From: Amphiscolops sp. MND2022
Lineage: Eukaryota
Length of the DNA: 64,000 nt
NCBI GenBank assembly: GCA_964187785.1
Contig: OZ076409.1
Location: forward strand, 64,046,001-64,110,000
Reading direction: 5' to 3'
Below the pieces are notes generated by a model, which saw nothing but the letters and a program-made list of their open reading frames with translations, was not told where the DNA came from and made no database searches. This document shows positions 1-11,991 of the stretch, one piece after another (within the stretch, counting starts at the first letter, position 1; each line of letters begins with the position of its first letter). The translations under genes were made by a program, and so were the position numbers.

Positions 1-3000
1 CAGCAAAACGACGAAAAGCCAAAACAAATTGTTCAGCAGTTAAAACGCTGTCTAATTCCAAATGATCTGGATAACTATAAGGTTTTGCAGAAGTTTGTTT
101 TGCGTTGAACACATTTTCGAACAAAAATAGATACAAATTTTCGACCATTCGAGAGCCAAAACTGATTGCCTAAAAGGACTAAAGAAGATTGCACTCCAGA
201 ATGAAGGGATTTGATATGGTCTCGAACTATCAAATTCGCCAAGTCGTCTTGAGCTAATAGTATCCGTTCCCGTTCTTTCAAAGACAAATCCAAGGAAGTA
301 CCCAAACGACCTTTACAGCGTAACAAACTTTAGGGATGCAAAAAGGCCATGTTATCGAACAAGAGTGTCTGATGATTGGTTCAAATGAGCTTCAATGCAA
401 TCGCTGTAGTGGTGTTGTTGACTTTGACGAATTGGTTGATAAAGGCTTACTTTTCTTCAATTGAGGTAAGTTGCGATGAATCGTTTAACATACACTTGAG
501 TACGAACAAGACGACGTGAAACCTAAAAACGTTTTTGAAATCAAGTAAGTCATCGCTTTGCCTTTCGAATTAAACAGTAGTAAAATTTGAACAGGGTGTT
601 CCGGGTTCACAAGTGTTCGTCGTAACTGTTGGTAGTGACTGAAGCAAGGATAAATCTGGCTCATACCACCAATGTGTACAATCAGCAAACAATGTTTTTT
701 GGCTTCGTTGCAAGATCTGCAGGATTGTTACTGAAAGGGATGTAATAAAATCTGGCCTTTCTGTTTTGAATGAAACTAACTCTGTTCTTCACGAACGGTT
801 CCACAGATTTGTGTGATTTCGACCAAACAATAGTGGATCACGCCAATAAAATGTCTCAACTTTCTGAGTAACGAATTTCAAAGTTTTTTGGAAAACTCTC
901 CAAGTTTAACTCCCAAAGTCATTGCCATAAGTTCCATTTTAGGTATCGTCCAATCTAGAGCTCTTCAAGTCTTTGTGAAGAGGAGTTGAATATTTAAGTA
1001 AGCAACGGCAGCATAAGATATCAAAGAACTGTCAACAAAGTTTCGAGTCGCTATATACCATTCGATGAGATTTGACGAGAGTACTTGATTTCAGTGGCTT
1101 CTTTTAGAAAGCTAAGCATTGCTTCCCACTCGTTCTGTAGTTCCCAATCAACGAATTCGTCACACATAGTCTTTGATTGTCATAAAGAGCCATTGAAATA
1201 TTTAACTTCAAGAACCACGGGAGGGAGTAACCAGCCAAAGGGATCGAAAAAACGACCAAACTTGCTGAAATTTTGTCTTTTAGTCCATGCTGTACGCTCG
1301 GTAGGAACAGAGGAATATAACAAAATTTGATCTAATTTGGTATTCCACTTTATACCGAGGAGATGAGTAGCTTCGGCACCAAAAACGTTTTTTGCAAGTG
1401 CTAGCGTAATGACTGTTTCATTATCGGAGGACCAGCACGTAAACTCATGGCAGCGTCACGAAAAATGCTTCTGGATCCCTGAAAACATTCAATTACTTCA
1501 GTTTCAGTTGAACAACTGGTAACTGGGTTGTGTCCAAGTATGTTCTCTTGAATTTGAGGAATTAAATGTTCTCAGCTCAAATATTTACCTAAATGATGTT
1601 TTAAAACTGCAGCTGAAATAAAAGAAGATGCTCGTGATCCAAAAATTTTAACTTTGAAGTTGTAGGTTAAAAATTCAAAAATCTTCGATTCTGGATCTTT
1701 GAGACTACAAAATCGAAGATAACGGCGATCTTGTTTGAATCTTTATCGTTGGGAAAGCTTTTCCATTATCTGTGGATAACGCAATTTTGCAAATTCTAAA
1801 GCGAAGTAGAATTTGTACCAAACTATTGACCAAGTTGGGACCTTTCCACGAGAAGTCATTTAAAGAAAGACCCAGTCTACAGTCTTTACAACTTGCATCG
1901 AAAACAACTCTGACTTTAGTATGAAGCGAAGACGAATTGTGAACTTGTGAACTACATGCCAAGGAAAGTATTTTCAACAATACTCGACGTAATTGGAAGA
2001 AACAGTTTTACTGATAGAATCACGTTTCAAGTTCTCATCAAAAATGTCCTTGAGTCTCGGAAAGAAGATGGATATGAAGACATTTTGGCAATCTTACCTT
2101 TGGCACGATGGTACGCTATGGCTCTATTGCTGGGAATTTCTATTTTGTCAATACTGTCTAGCCATGGAAGAGCGGCTGTATACTGCCCCGTGTCAGGATG
2201 CTGTGTAAGTGCTGAAAGAAAACAATCAAGAGCAGAATGCCTAGTCTTTTCCGAAACGTCGAAAGTCTCCACCTTTACTTCAGTGAGAAGGGAACATGTT
2301 CTTCAGCGAAAGGTGCTGGTGTCTTCATCACGTCACAAAAATTCGTGTGGTTAAGAACGTTGGTTTGACAACTTCAACAAACTTTTTAGCCGAGTTTGGT
2401 ATCGTTGCGAATAAACCATTTTTGAGTCGAATTGTTTTGTCTTGTAAAACTGAAAAATAGAAATCCAACGCAATCAAAAATCTGTGAAAAGTCCAAGTTT
2501 TTTGGTTTCTGATAGAGGTAATGAACTAAGTTCACTACAGACGTTAACCCTTGTGTTTGGTCTCAGCGTACAAATTTTTGGAACATCAATCACTTTAGTG
2601 TGAAAATCTTCACAGCTAGTTTTGAGAGTCAGTGGACTAATAACAACGTGTTTTATAGCACGATCAGTTGAACCAAAGTAATTATTTTCCAGAGAATGTG
2701 TTCCATGACAAGGTAGTTTCAAACGACTCGCAAGGTTTTCAGTAATGAACGAATCAGTGCTCCCATCGTCCCATAAAATAGCACCTTGACTGTTTTAGAC
2801 CCATTAGAAACATAACCCATGAATGTTTTCAGATTCCCACTCATGTTAGTGTCTGCGGAAAACACATCCTTTTCCTTAGACGGACTGCTGTCTTGTGAGT
2901 CATGGTTTTTGGTTGACTCTTTATGTAAACCTGTATGATGTTTTCCGCCACAGACGATGACATAAGGGACTGTTCTGATTGGGTTAATTTGGAAACGAAT

Positions 3001-4011
3001 TGGTTTTAGACGTACCCTGCTTTCGATTGCTTTGTTAAGTGTAAAAAGTAGCTGTATGAAACATTGCTTGAACATCCGCTTGTTCCTTCCTGAAAAAATC
3101 ATTCAGCTCCATCACCTGAATTTCACGTTTCAAAGCTTTCAAAAACTCCTCTAGAATCCAAGTTTCTTTTCGGTGGTCCTTCGCAAGACAGCATTTCAGA
3201 TTGAGAGATAACTTATTCATCAAATTCAAACAAAGTAAATCTCCGAATTTTTTTTCTTTTGTTTTGTCACCTTCAAGACCACGAACATGAAATTCCAATT
3301 CATCAAAAAAATCTTTCAGAACCTGATAATTTTCAGTTTTCGGCTCAAGAGAGAATGAATTGCGATAGTGAGCTTCTATTATACGATGCTTATGCCCGAT
3401 ATGATCTCTAGAGGTTCCGATGGCTGTGTTATAATTTCGAGAAGTCATCTCTAAAGCGCCTATTAAAGTAGCTGGCTCACCTTCTAGAGTAGTTTTCAAA
3501 TAACTAAACTATTGTACATCAGTAAGAGATGTAAGGTTATGTACATTAGCTTGGAAAAGTCCCCATTACAATGAAAATTCGAGTACATTGCTTTTGAAAG
3601 TGGGAAGCGTCATTTTTGGTAGACGCGTGTTTGATTGTGAGGATGAAATGGACCTTGGAACTTGTGGATTTTGTAATATAATGATTTTTGCAAATCAAAA
3701 ACAATGTTATCAATTTCTTCTAATGTTTGAGTGTTTTCTCCTATTTCAGCTTCTAGATCTTTAACAGGAAGTATTGCTTCTTTTTCCAAATTCTTAGCTA
3801 CTAGATCGTGTTTCTTTGATTCGATTTGTTGTTTCAATTTCGAAATTTTTTCAGAAGAGGCTGTTTCATTTTCCAATAATTCCTCAGCTGATGATAAAAA
3901 TCGAGTCATGCAGCCTCTTCTGGAGAACTTAAATCTTCTGAGTTCGGTGGATTCATCATTAGTAGTACTGAAGAACTTTGGTAGTACTCCTGAAATTATA
4001 CGTTTCAACAT
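1..4011 (-). mobile_element. Decayed BEL/Pao LTR retrotransposon (gag-pol relic, many stops and frameshifts; runs off the window start)
   Basis: Minus-strand fragments in BEL order: gag N-terminus (3610-4011), DUF1759-like gag (3035-3499), Zn-knuckle/protease remnants (2719-3102), RT entry motif KVRVVFDAS...SLND...GPNL...ILLRFR (1705-1980), integrase Zn-binding HHCC-like segment (75-326). Confidence 0.85.
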
Positions 4012-6699
4012 TTCCAGCGTTTACTGTTATTTCATTGTCAGTACTTTGCGGAGCATGCTGTCTTACATTCCTATTCAATGTTGGGGATGCTGGTCTGAAC
4101 ACCATATCTCAAACCGTCTTAGACTTATTGGGTTGTGTAATTCCAGTAAAATAATTTATATTTTATAAGAAGAAAATTGTATACTCAGGGTTTTTGCTTC
4201 TTGTTCCTTCATGAAAGCCGCTGGGCGCGAAAGTAAAGAAAACTTTACTTCGAATATCTTTGTTGTAACTTTCCGTTACCATCTGAAATTGCTCTGCTCA
4301 TAGTTTCCCAGATTGAATTACATTAGTGTCATTAAACAATCAATTAGTCCGGGAAAGATAAATCACACAAAGTGAGTAAGAAGTCAAACGAATATAAACA
4401 ACCGAGTCAAGTAATATGTTTTGTGAATCATCCTTGAGAACGATTACATTTTCGTAATAAGGTCACGATACTTGGAATCGAAACGTTTGGGTTTTGTCAG
4501 AGTGAAATTGAATAAAACGTGTTTACTATTGGTGATCAAGGTTTCTTTTATACCATATTGTAACAAATGAATTGGACCACTGATTGCAAAAAAATGATTC
4601 GGACTGAAAATAAATTAGCTCGAAACCCGAGTGATTTTGGAGGTAATCAGAAAACGCTTGATCAAATATTGTTAAATTTGTGAAAACACCTCAGAATCGG
4701 TTTTGCAAACTGTTTTGGGGCTTTGTTATATCACTTTCATTACCTTGTATATACTGTACTACTAAATTTTGATCTAGAAGCAAATTAGACGTCTCACAGA
4801 CGCAGTTTTGCAATTTTGTAATATTGACAGAGACTACTCCATCCGCTAATGACGATATTATGTTTTGTTTACAGAAAACTTGAAGAAAACTATAATTATA
4901 TAAGAATTCTTTCGAAACTAATATTATGCCCGATCCTAATACATTAGATTTAAGTTTCTTTCTCTGAAATGTCCTGTCCAAGAAAGACTTTGTTTGCAAC
5001 GAACTTATTGGGTTAAATTTGGAAGGCGTTCAAGCCATCCATGAGAATCAATTGTATACTTTCTTCTTCAAGGTGTTCTTCAATGATTTTTCTTTTGTGG
5101 CAGTTCTATTATAGTCGGGAGGAAAGATTTCCACTTAGTGGGGAACTCATTCGTTGGTATGTTAAATTGTTCGATTAATTGGATGGGTGTTCCTCTTTAG
5201 TTGCTTTAGAAGTTGCTTGAAAAGTTCTCGGACGGACTCTGTAATGAATATCTCAAAACAGTAGAAACCTAACTCCTATATAGCATCTCTTTCAGTGACT
5301 AAAACATCGTTTTGAATTTGAATGTCCCCATGATTCGTCTTTGGATCTTTACGTTGTTTTTTTTTTAAAAAAAATACTTTTCGGCAGCTGACCAATGAGC
5401 ACTCAATTCACAAACCACAGACATACCAAAAGAACGGAATAGCATCAAGAGCAAAGAAGTTGTGTTTCGTTTTTTTTTAAATTTTGCTACACATTGAGTA
5501 GAAATGAGTAAAATCTTATATAGTCATTTCTTAGTGCTCAGCGGACTTGAAAATGATTGAGAAGCCAAATTAAAAACCAAACCAGAAGTGTTCGGTTAGC
5601 ACTTCCGTTTCGTTTGCATGTTTTCAATTTTCTATTTGCCGGTTGAGAGTTTTTTTAAAACGGACCGGATGATCAAGCAATATAAAAACTCTTCTTGAAA
5701 GCATACAAGGACACAACTGCAGAGAATTTTCCAGAAAAGCTTCGATTTATATGAGCAGTTCGTTGGGTCCTTTACTTTGCTTGTTATTATTAGATTCCTT
5801 CAGGTCGCTCCTCCGCCCATAACAAAAAAGCTTAACAGAAAACAGAAACATAACAGAAACAGAGAAATAACGCATCTAAACTTCAGGAAAACAGGTATAG
5901 GACCAAATCGTCTTCATAATTCACAGATAACTAGCGATCATAAATTTCCACCATAAAAGAACTCAAGTAATACCCTTCGACAGAGGGCCCTTTTAATTCA
6001 GACGCACCACTGCTCGAAGTACATCTTGGCACTTCCACCGCCCATCACCATCTTTTTCCTGAACACAACGGGCGGAAGGGAGTTCTTATACTCAAGAAAA
6101 GTACCTCTAAATTCCGTTGACGTTCGTTGGTGGATCCAGTCGGGCATGAAAAAGTTCAATTGTTCACAAAAGTTAAATTAGTCACCGCTGCTTGCGTTTG
6201 CATGCGTTTGCCTTCGTATTCGCATCCGACGCCTCGAGTGATTTCAGTAGCATGAGATTTTATTAGCCAAACTTCGGATAAACATTTGTTCCCTCAGGGT
6301 ACATTGAGTTTTTTTATTCGGTAATTGTGATAATTTGAGTTGTTCATGATAATATTATTTAGTTGACACAATTTGCCAGGGACTACCGGTGTTATGCTTT
6401 CATTCGTGAACATGCCACAAAACCACTAAAACAGATTGCTAAGAATGCAAAATCTTCACAAGGATTTGAAATGCTTTTTTTATTACATTACCGGGTCCGA
6501 CTTATTTTTCTCCATGTAGTCAAAAGCCTGTATTCAAATAACCTTGTGGTGTGCCTGTGTTGTTGAAGGTATTTTACATCATTTGAAGCTTCCAAGTTCC
6601 AAATATTGTTCTAGGATTAATGGTCATTGAGTCACATTAATCTAAGTTAAGGCGGAGGCCATTGAAAAAAATGCCCTTGAAAGTCTTACTCTTTATGAC

Positions 6700-8521
6700 G
6701 ATCAAAATACCTAAATATTGCTCGTAGTGTAATCATAATAATAAACAACAACAAAAACTTCGCCAAATATTCGAAGCTTTCAAGGGTCCATACTCCGTCG
6801 CTTCTCATCCGGTAATTCAAATTTTTAGCTCTCGGCTTCTATCGCACCAATCATCACGTTGTGACCCAACCATTTCAGCTTCCTCACATTTCTTCCTGAT
6901 CTCTTTCGGACTCGAGTTTCCCAATTCAACTCTCCTTGTATTGGCACAGTCTCTTTCGCTTCAGCGTTATTTGCCGTCTCATACAATACTTAATCCCTTT
7001 CTTTTGAATTGTTTACCCCTTGAATTTGGAGACTTCAACTTCTTTTCCTTCACTGGCTTCCTCTCCTTTTCTCTCCGCCTCTTTCTCTGGATAAATCACT
7101 TCTTGACATGTTTTCGACTCCAGCCGTATTGTGCTTCCTTTACGTTTCGTCTTCTTCATTCATTTTTGGCAATCCTCGGCTTCTCTCCACTTTCTGCTCT
7201 TCAGTAGTTTCCATCACTACGTCACTTTTTGTCACCGGTTTTCCCAGCTTTGCAGAATGGTGACAAAGTGACCCGATTCCTCCAGAAGATTAGCATTACT
7301 CTTTTTAAAAATTCCCTCTACTTTGGAACCGCGCGTTTTCTCCCGAATAAGTATTGTCGAGTCTACATCAGTCTTCTTCAATTCACAGTTTAGTGTCATT
7401 TTCTGAAACAAATTCGTTTACCATTGCAGCGGTAAGTAAATTTGGGCTTTTATGATTTGGTTTTAAGATTTTTATGCCTTTTAAACGCAAATTTTTTGTT
7501 CACCTCGATTTCTGTTCTCAACGCAAATACAACTCTCGAAAGCTTGTCACTTTTTTTCTAGTACCACTCTTTTGTCCGTTCGTAACAGTTCATTCAGAAA
7601 TCTAACAATACGTTACACATTCCGATTTTCCCGGTGATCTCCCACAGGGCAAAAAATATGTTTCACGTATTTGCCTTCACAAAATTGCTCAAAGTTTTCT
7701 CTTTTCAAATGCAATTCCCAGAGACGTTCGTTTCCATTTTGATATGCCGTGCCGTGATATGTACTCTGCTAGAAATTCGAAAACATCGTGCGTAGTTGAG
7801 TTTGGCAAAAACAACGTCTCTTGCCGTCCTGACTTTTTATCTCTCGCAACTAGCCTATATTTTCCATTACCGCGCGTCTAGCAACCGCCCAGTAAAATAT
7901 AACCAATTTCATCAATCGGATTTTCACAACTTTTTTCCTTCATTTTGGGCATTTTTACTTCTTCCCTGCATGCCATTGCTAGCGCCTATTAGCCTTCCCA
8001 ATGACCTCTTCCCAAACCACACGTCTGCCGCCTCACGTAACATTGTGTCCGAAAGTGCGTTACCAAAATGTAAAACTGTACACATGTTTTCGCTCATGCT
8101 TTTAGGAACAACTATTCTCACGTCTAAAAAGGGTTAATGGTACCTGTCCAAGTTAAAAGAAGTAAACTTTCAATTCCCCAGGGGTGATAATTTACGTGGA
8201 ATCGTTGTTTTGAACAGTTCTGGTCATTTTTTGAAGATGACGGGTTTTTTAAATTACTTTTGCTTATTCGTAACTCACTTACACGCTGGCAACTTCCTGT
8301 CAATTTCCAGTCAGTTTTGCTGGTATTGACACTTTTGTCAGTACAAGCATTTCTCACCGCTTAGCTTCATTATGTTTCAGTTCTTTGTTTGAGTTCCTCC
8401 TTCAATGTTTCAAAACAAATAACTCTCTGGTACCAAATTTGGAATAAATTCATTCAGCTGGCTCACTGCACCTAAAAACGATCTCCATCCTTTTGAATTT
8501 ATCGGTTTAAGCATTTCCGTT
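6700..8521 (-). mobile_element. 3' part of an old K02A2.6-like Ty3/Gypsy element (RT-RNase H connection, integrase, C-terminal tail), pseudogenised; left boundary approximate
   Basis: Minus strand reads EMLKPINSKGWRSFLGAVSQLNEFIPNL (consensus P.N.K.LRSFLG...KFIPNL) below 8521. RIVVPKSM...LHFG...MLREAADVWF at 7924-8121 is an integrase Zn-binding domain. Confidence 0.75.
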
Positions 8522-9091
8522 TGTCGTAAGCACGCAGATTAGGTTGACTACCATATTGGTAATCAAGACGTTGCTCACATCTAGTATTTTTCTTAGTTTT
8601 CTCACCATAAGTTTCTTCAGGATTAATTTCCGGTCCCCCAGACGGAACGTTCCACTTATTTTGTGTTAAATGGCCTGATCCGGCATTCAGGGCAGTCTGA
8701 ATCTGAGGCAGTATCTGATTACTTATTGCGTCACTGATAGCCTTTTGGATCTGGGTATTAACATTTCCAATCATCTCGTCTAATTCTCTTGATAACCTTG
8801 AGTTCAATTCGCTTGACAGTCTGTTTATCTCAGCACTGGAATTCCCACTTGCGGAATTTTGCGCATAATCTGCACTAACACCTGAGTTACGGTTTGAACA
8901 CATTTCCCTATCATCATTTTCAGAACTATTGCTGACAGCCCTTTCAGGCCTTCCGGGTAAGTTACTGTTTAGGCTTTTTTTTCTACATCACTAACGTGAT
9001 TTCCTCCAAGCATCACATCAAGCTTCTCAATGTCTGAGAGCATCTCAAGTCCCCTAGACTTTCTGGCCTTCTGTTTTCTAGTAGTAGGCAT
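8522..9091 (-). pseudogene. LTR-borne copy of the Gag N-terminal ORF (MPTTRKQK...QPNLRAYD), disrupted near its start
   Basis: ATG at 9091-9089. ORF 8499-8903 matches the N-terminal part of ORF 19023-20000 (SRELDEM.GNVNTQIQKAISDAISNQILPQIQ). Confidence 0.75.
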
Positions 9092-10268
9092 TGAAGAAAA
9101 TCCTAGCAAAAGAATAAATTGTCTTGATTGGAAAACGTAGTTTTACCGTGTACTTCTAATGAATATTTTAGCAAACTGAACAGCAAGTAGCAAAACACAG
9201 AATTAATTCCTCTCAGCGGTATATATACCCCTGAAAGGGTGACAATCACATTTTTTACATATTATGCGGGTAAATAACATACCTAAAGGCATAATATTGC
9301 ACATTCCCTTCAAGTCACACATTCCTTGGGAATTACAACATCAACATATCATTGAACATCAAAGTATTAGTTGCAACTTCAAACGGAATAACCTACATCA
9401 ACAAATCTACCTATTTCAAAAATGTAACCAAAAATTACATTCTGCGAAAGGAATGCAACGTTGGCACGTGTCCCCACGTTCCCCTTATCAAACTGAGCTA
9501 AGCTCAAAGCGAATGGTTATTTGCATGCGTTCAGTATGGGCTACAGTTCATCCAATTAGGTTTAATACTGCGCTGGACAAAACAGATTAGGACAAAAGCA
9601 TAGACAATACAGCATTCCGTATAGTTGAGCCCGAATGGACCCATTACCTCAATGTCAAGTAAGCATCATCAAAGATAGGTCAATTGTCCTAAATTGTCTC
9701 AGAGTATCAAATCCGAGACAATGGAAGTTAACCATCCATTAGAGTGGTTACATAGTACTAGTACATTAGTTCTAATCAATCAAACGAATAACTGGTATTA
9801 AAGCACCAAATAAATGAAGTGGCCGAAATCGGTCGTTTGACTAAAGTACTAGCTAAGCGCCGTATGATTGTTTCAAAGGGCCTTATTAGGCCATTAATTG
9901 AATATGTTCCAATACAGCAAACACTGCACTCTGATTGGCTAAGGCTACGCGCTCAAGTGACGTTTCCGGACCAGTGCGTTGCATCACTTGAACTCGTTTC
10001 CTTTACTGCCGTATAGTTGTATTTACTAACGTTGCATTGATTTATACACAGCATCTTACTATTAAACATCAGCATTTTGATTTGGCTAATCGAACAGTAT
10101 TTTTAACAGACTAATAATAATCGTAAAAAAACAAAACTTGATAATATAAGAAGCAAAAGTTTATCCTTCATGTTAGTTTTCAAAATATAGGTAAAGTGCC
10201 GGGTACGGCTTCTTGCCCGGACGTCGTGGTTGTAATCCTAGTGCCCTCACAGGCGGCAGCCTGCGACA
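8522..10268 (-). repeat. 3' LTR (1747 bp) of the 13-kb Gypsy element
   Basis: Direct repeat of 19715-21556; begins tgtcgtaag and ends ctgcgaca on the + strand. Confidence 0.92.
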
Positions 10269-10457
10269 CTGCGGGTGCCAAGAAAAGTAAGCTGCCGGCG
10301 TTGAGCCCATTCAGGTACGCTTCTCGTCTGATGTTCGTGATATAAGCAGGCTCTCCTCGTGGCGTAGCCCTGTCCCTTTACCATTTTGTTTTTTGTTCTT
10401 GAATCTCATGCACAGACCTGCCGCACACCATACATTTGAGGCATCTCTTAAGACTGC

Positions 10458-11330
10458 TTAAGTCCGCGTACGGCTGTGAGCTTTCTTGTGGTAGGACGCA
10501 TGGAAGCCCCAATCCATAGGTTGTTGCAGCGGGACGTCTTGTGAAGGTCCCCTCTCGTGATCAGGCGGAGACAAGGGTGATTCTTTGACAGGCGATAGAG
10601 TTTTACAGAGCTCTATCTTGGTCTTCTCTATTTTCCTGGGGACGCATAGCACAGCTTTTATCGAAGTACTTTGAGCCCAACTTTGGGGTAGCAGACGACT
10701 CCAGCTGAGAGTTGCTTGGCCCGGCGACCACTTCATCGTCAAGACCTTCCACGGTCATAGCACGTCCCTCAATGAGTATTAGGCTTGATTTAACTTCGTG
10801 CTCTATTCTTTTGATTAGCTTCTCTGTGTCTGTTGACCAGTCAGAATCCCGAGATTCTGAAGTTTCTTCATCACTATCGCTCGATATATAGGACCGAATC
10901 AGACGAATGGTCGGAGTCTTGTTCTTCGAAGTCGAAGAGCTTTCTAGCTAAGTTGAACTTCTACATTATTATCTTTTTGACAATTTTGAAGGTTCAAGAT
11001 GCGACTGCGTTATTCAAAGTTTTAGGGCAGAATGAAAATCACAGTAATTTTTGAGTCAAGCCCAATTGGGTTTTTCCCGGCAGTCTTAATTCGGCGGCTA
11101 AACCTTCGGTTGATCGTCCTGATTCGACGAAAACTTTCCTGAATGGAATTCCATCCTTTATCGGCGTCCTTTGATGAATCGATATTTGCCCTTCATCAAC
11201 ATCATCATTCAGAGAGGCGTGAACGACACTCAAGTTGTTGTCATCAAATACACTCGTCTCAAGTGGGTAATTAGCGGGTTGCTTGAGGCCAATTAACGGA
11301 TAGTGACGCTGGTCCCTCTGAGAATGGCTC
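10458..11330 (-). pseudogene. Degenerate Ser/acidic-rich coding remnant inside the 13-kb element, sense to gag-pol, function unknown
   Basis: Open stretches 11039-11233 and 10458-10742, plus a frame reading SSDSDEETSESRDSDWSTDTEKLIKRIEHE; no recognisable domain. Confidence 0.35.
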
Positions 11331-11425
11331 CAGCCAATCAGATTTGAGCGTCGATAAAATCGAAAAATGAAAATAAAATGGCGTAAAATATTAATTCTAA
11401 TTAATCCAAAATGGCGAAAATTTTA
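11330..11425. promoter_or_regulatory. Possible internal promoter (CCAAT box plus two AAAATGGCG YY1-like motifs) between divergent coding remnants
   Basis: cagccaatcag at ~11333-11343; aaaatggcg near 11375 and 11408; AT-rich non-coding stretch 11350-11800. Confidence 0.3.
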
Positions 11426-11991
11426 ACTTGGGTAATAAGGATAACTGAAAAAAACGACAAAACGAAATAAGGTAAACGGCCATAATCGGCCACTAACTAA
11501 TCAAACTGTAAATAACGAAGAATCTCTCGTACACTTCGCTGGCAGACTTAATTTTCAAATTTAAATATGTAGATAATCATAGATCATTAGTCTGGTAAAA
11601 TCTTCAGCCACGAACTCCAACTTTCAAGTTCCAATTGAATTACCCGTTTCCAATTCCATCTTTATTGTGTTTGTAACCATTTACAATTGTATTTATATCA
11701 TTGTCTTCTATCATCTGACTTCTACTGCCGTTTGCTGATATCTCCCCTTCTCGTCCCCAACTCGGCCATCATCCTCATCATCCAAGGTCTCGCTCGGAGT
11801 TTCACCCAGCAGTCAAATCGTCAAAAACATGTCTTCAAACACAGGTTGGTCTGGATTTTATTTTGAACTAAATCAACTTGATCAAGGTTGAATTTGTTCA
11901 CTTTCGCTTCCTTTTTCCATCGTAAGACACGTGTCATCACGTTTCAATCAATCTTTCAAAACACTTCCGGAAGATTTCAAAAGCGGTAAAA

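Noticed and set aside
1947-2354. 135-aa plus-strand ORF
   Set aside because: Antisense shadow of the decayed BEL RT region (minus strand reads YFPWHVV into KVRVVFDAS).
4080-4110. Possible PBS (TGGTGTTCAGACC) and 5' LTR of the first BEL relic
   Set aside because: No CA-ending LTR precedes it and no second LTR is in the window.
4400-5300. Possible Gypsy RNase H remnant (VQYIQGNESDI; HGWLERL)
   Set aside because: Motifs are too short and degenerate to support a call.
6900-7250. Pyrimidine-rich tract that might be a regulatory or triplex element
   Set aside because: Best explained as the antisense of a K/E/R-rich integrase tail of the old Gypsy element.
9819-10016. Identical 65-aa ORFs at 9819-10016 and 21107-21304
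   Set aside because: Identity only reflects the two LTR copies; TTG/GTG-type start and no domain.
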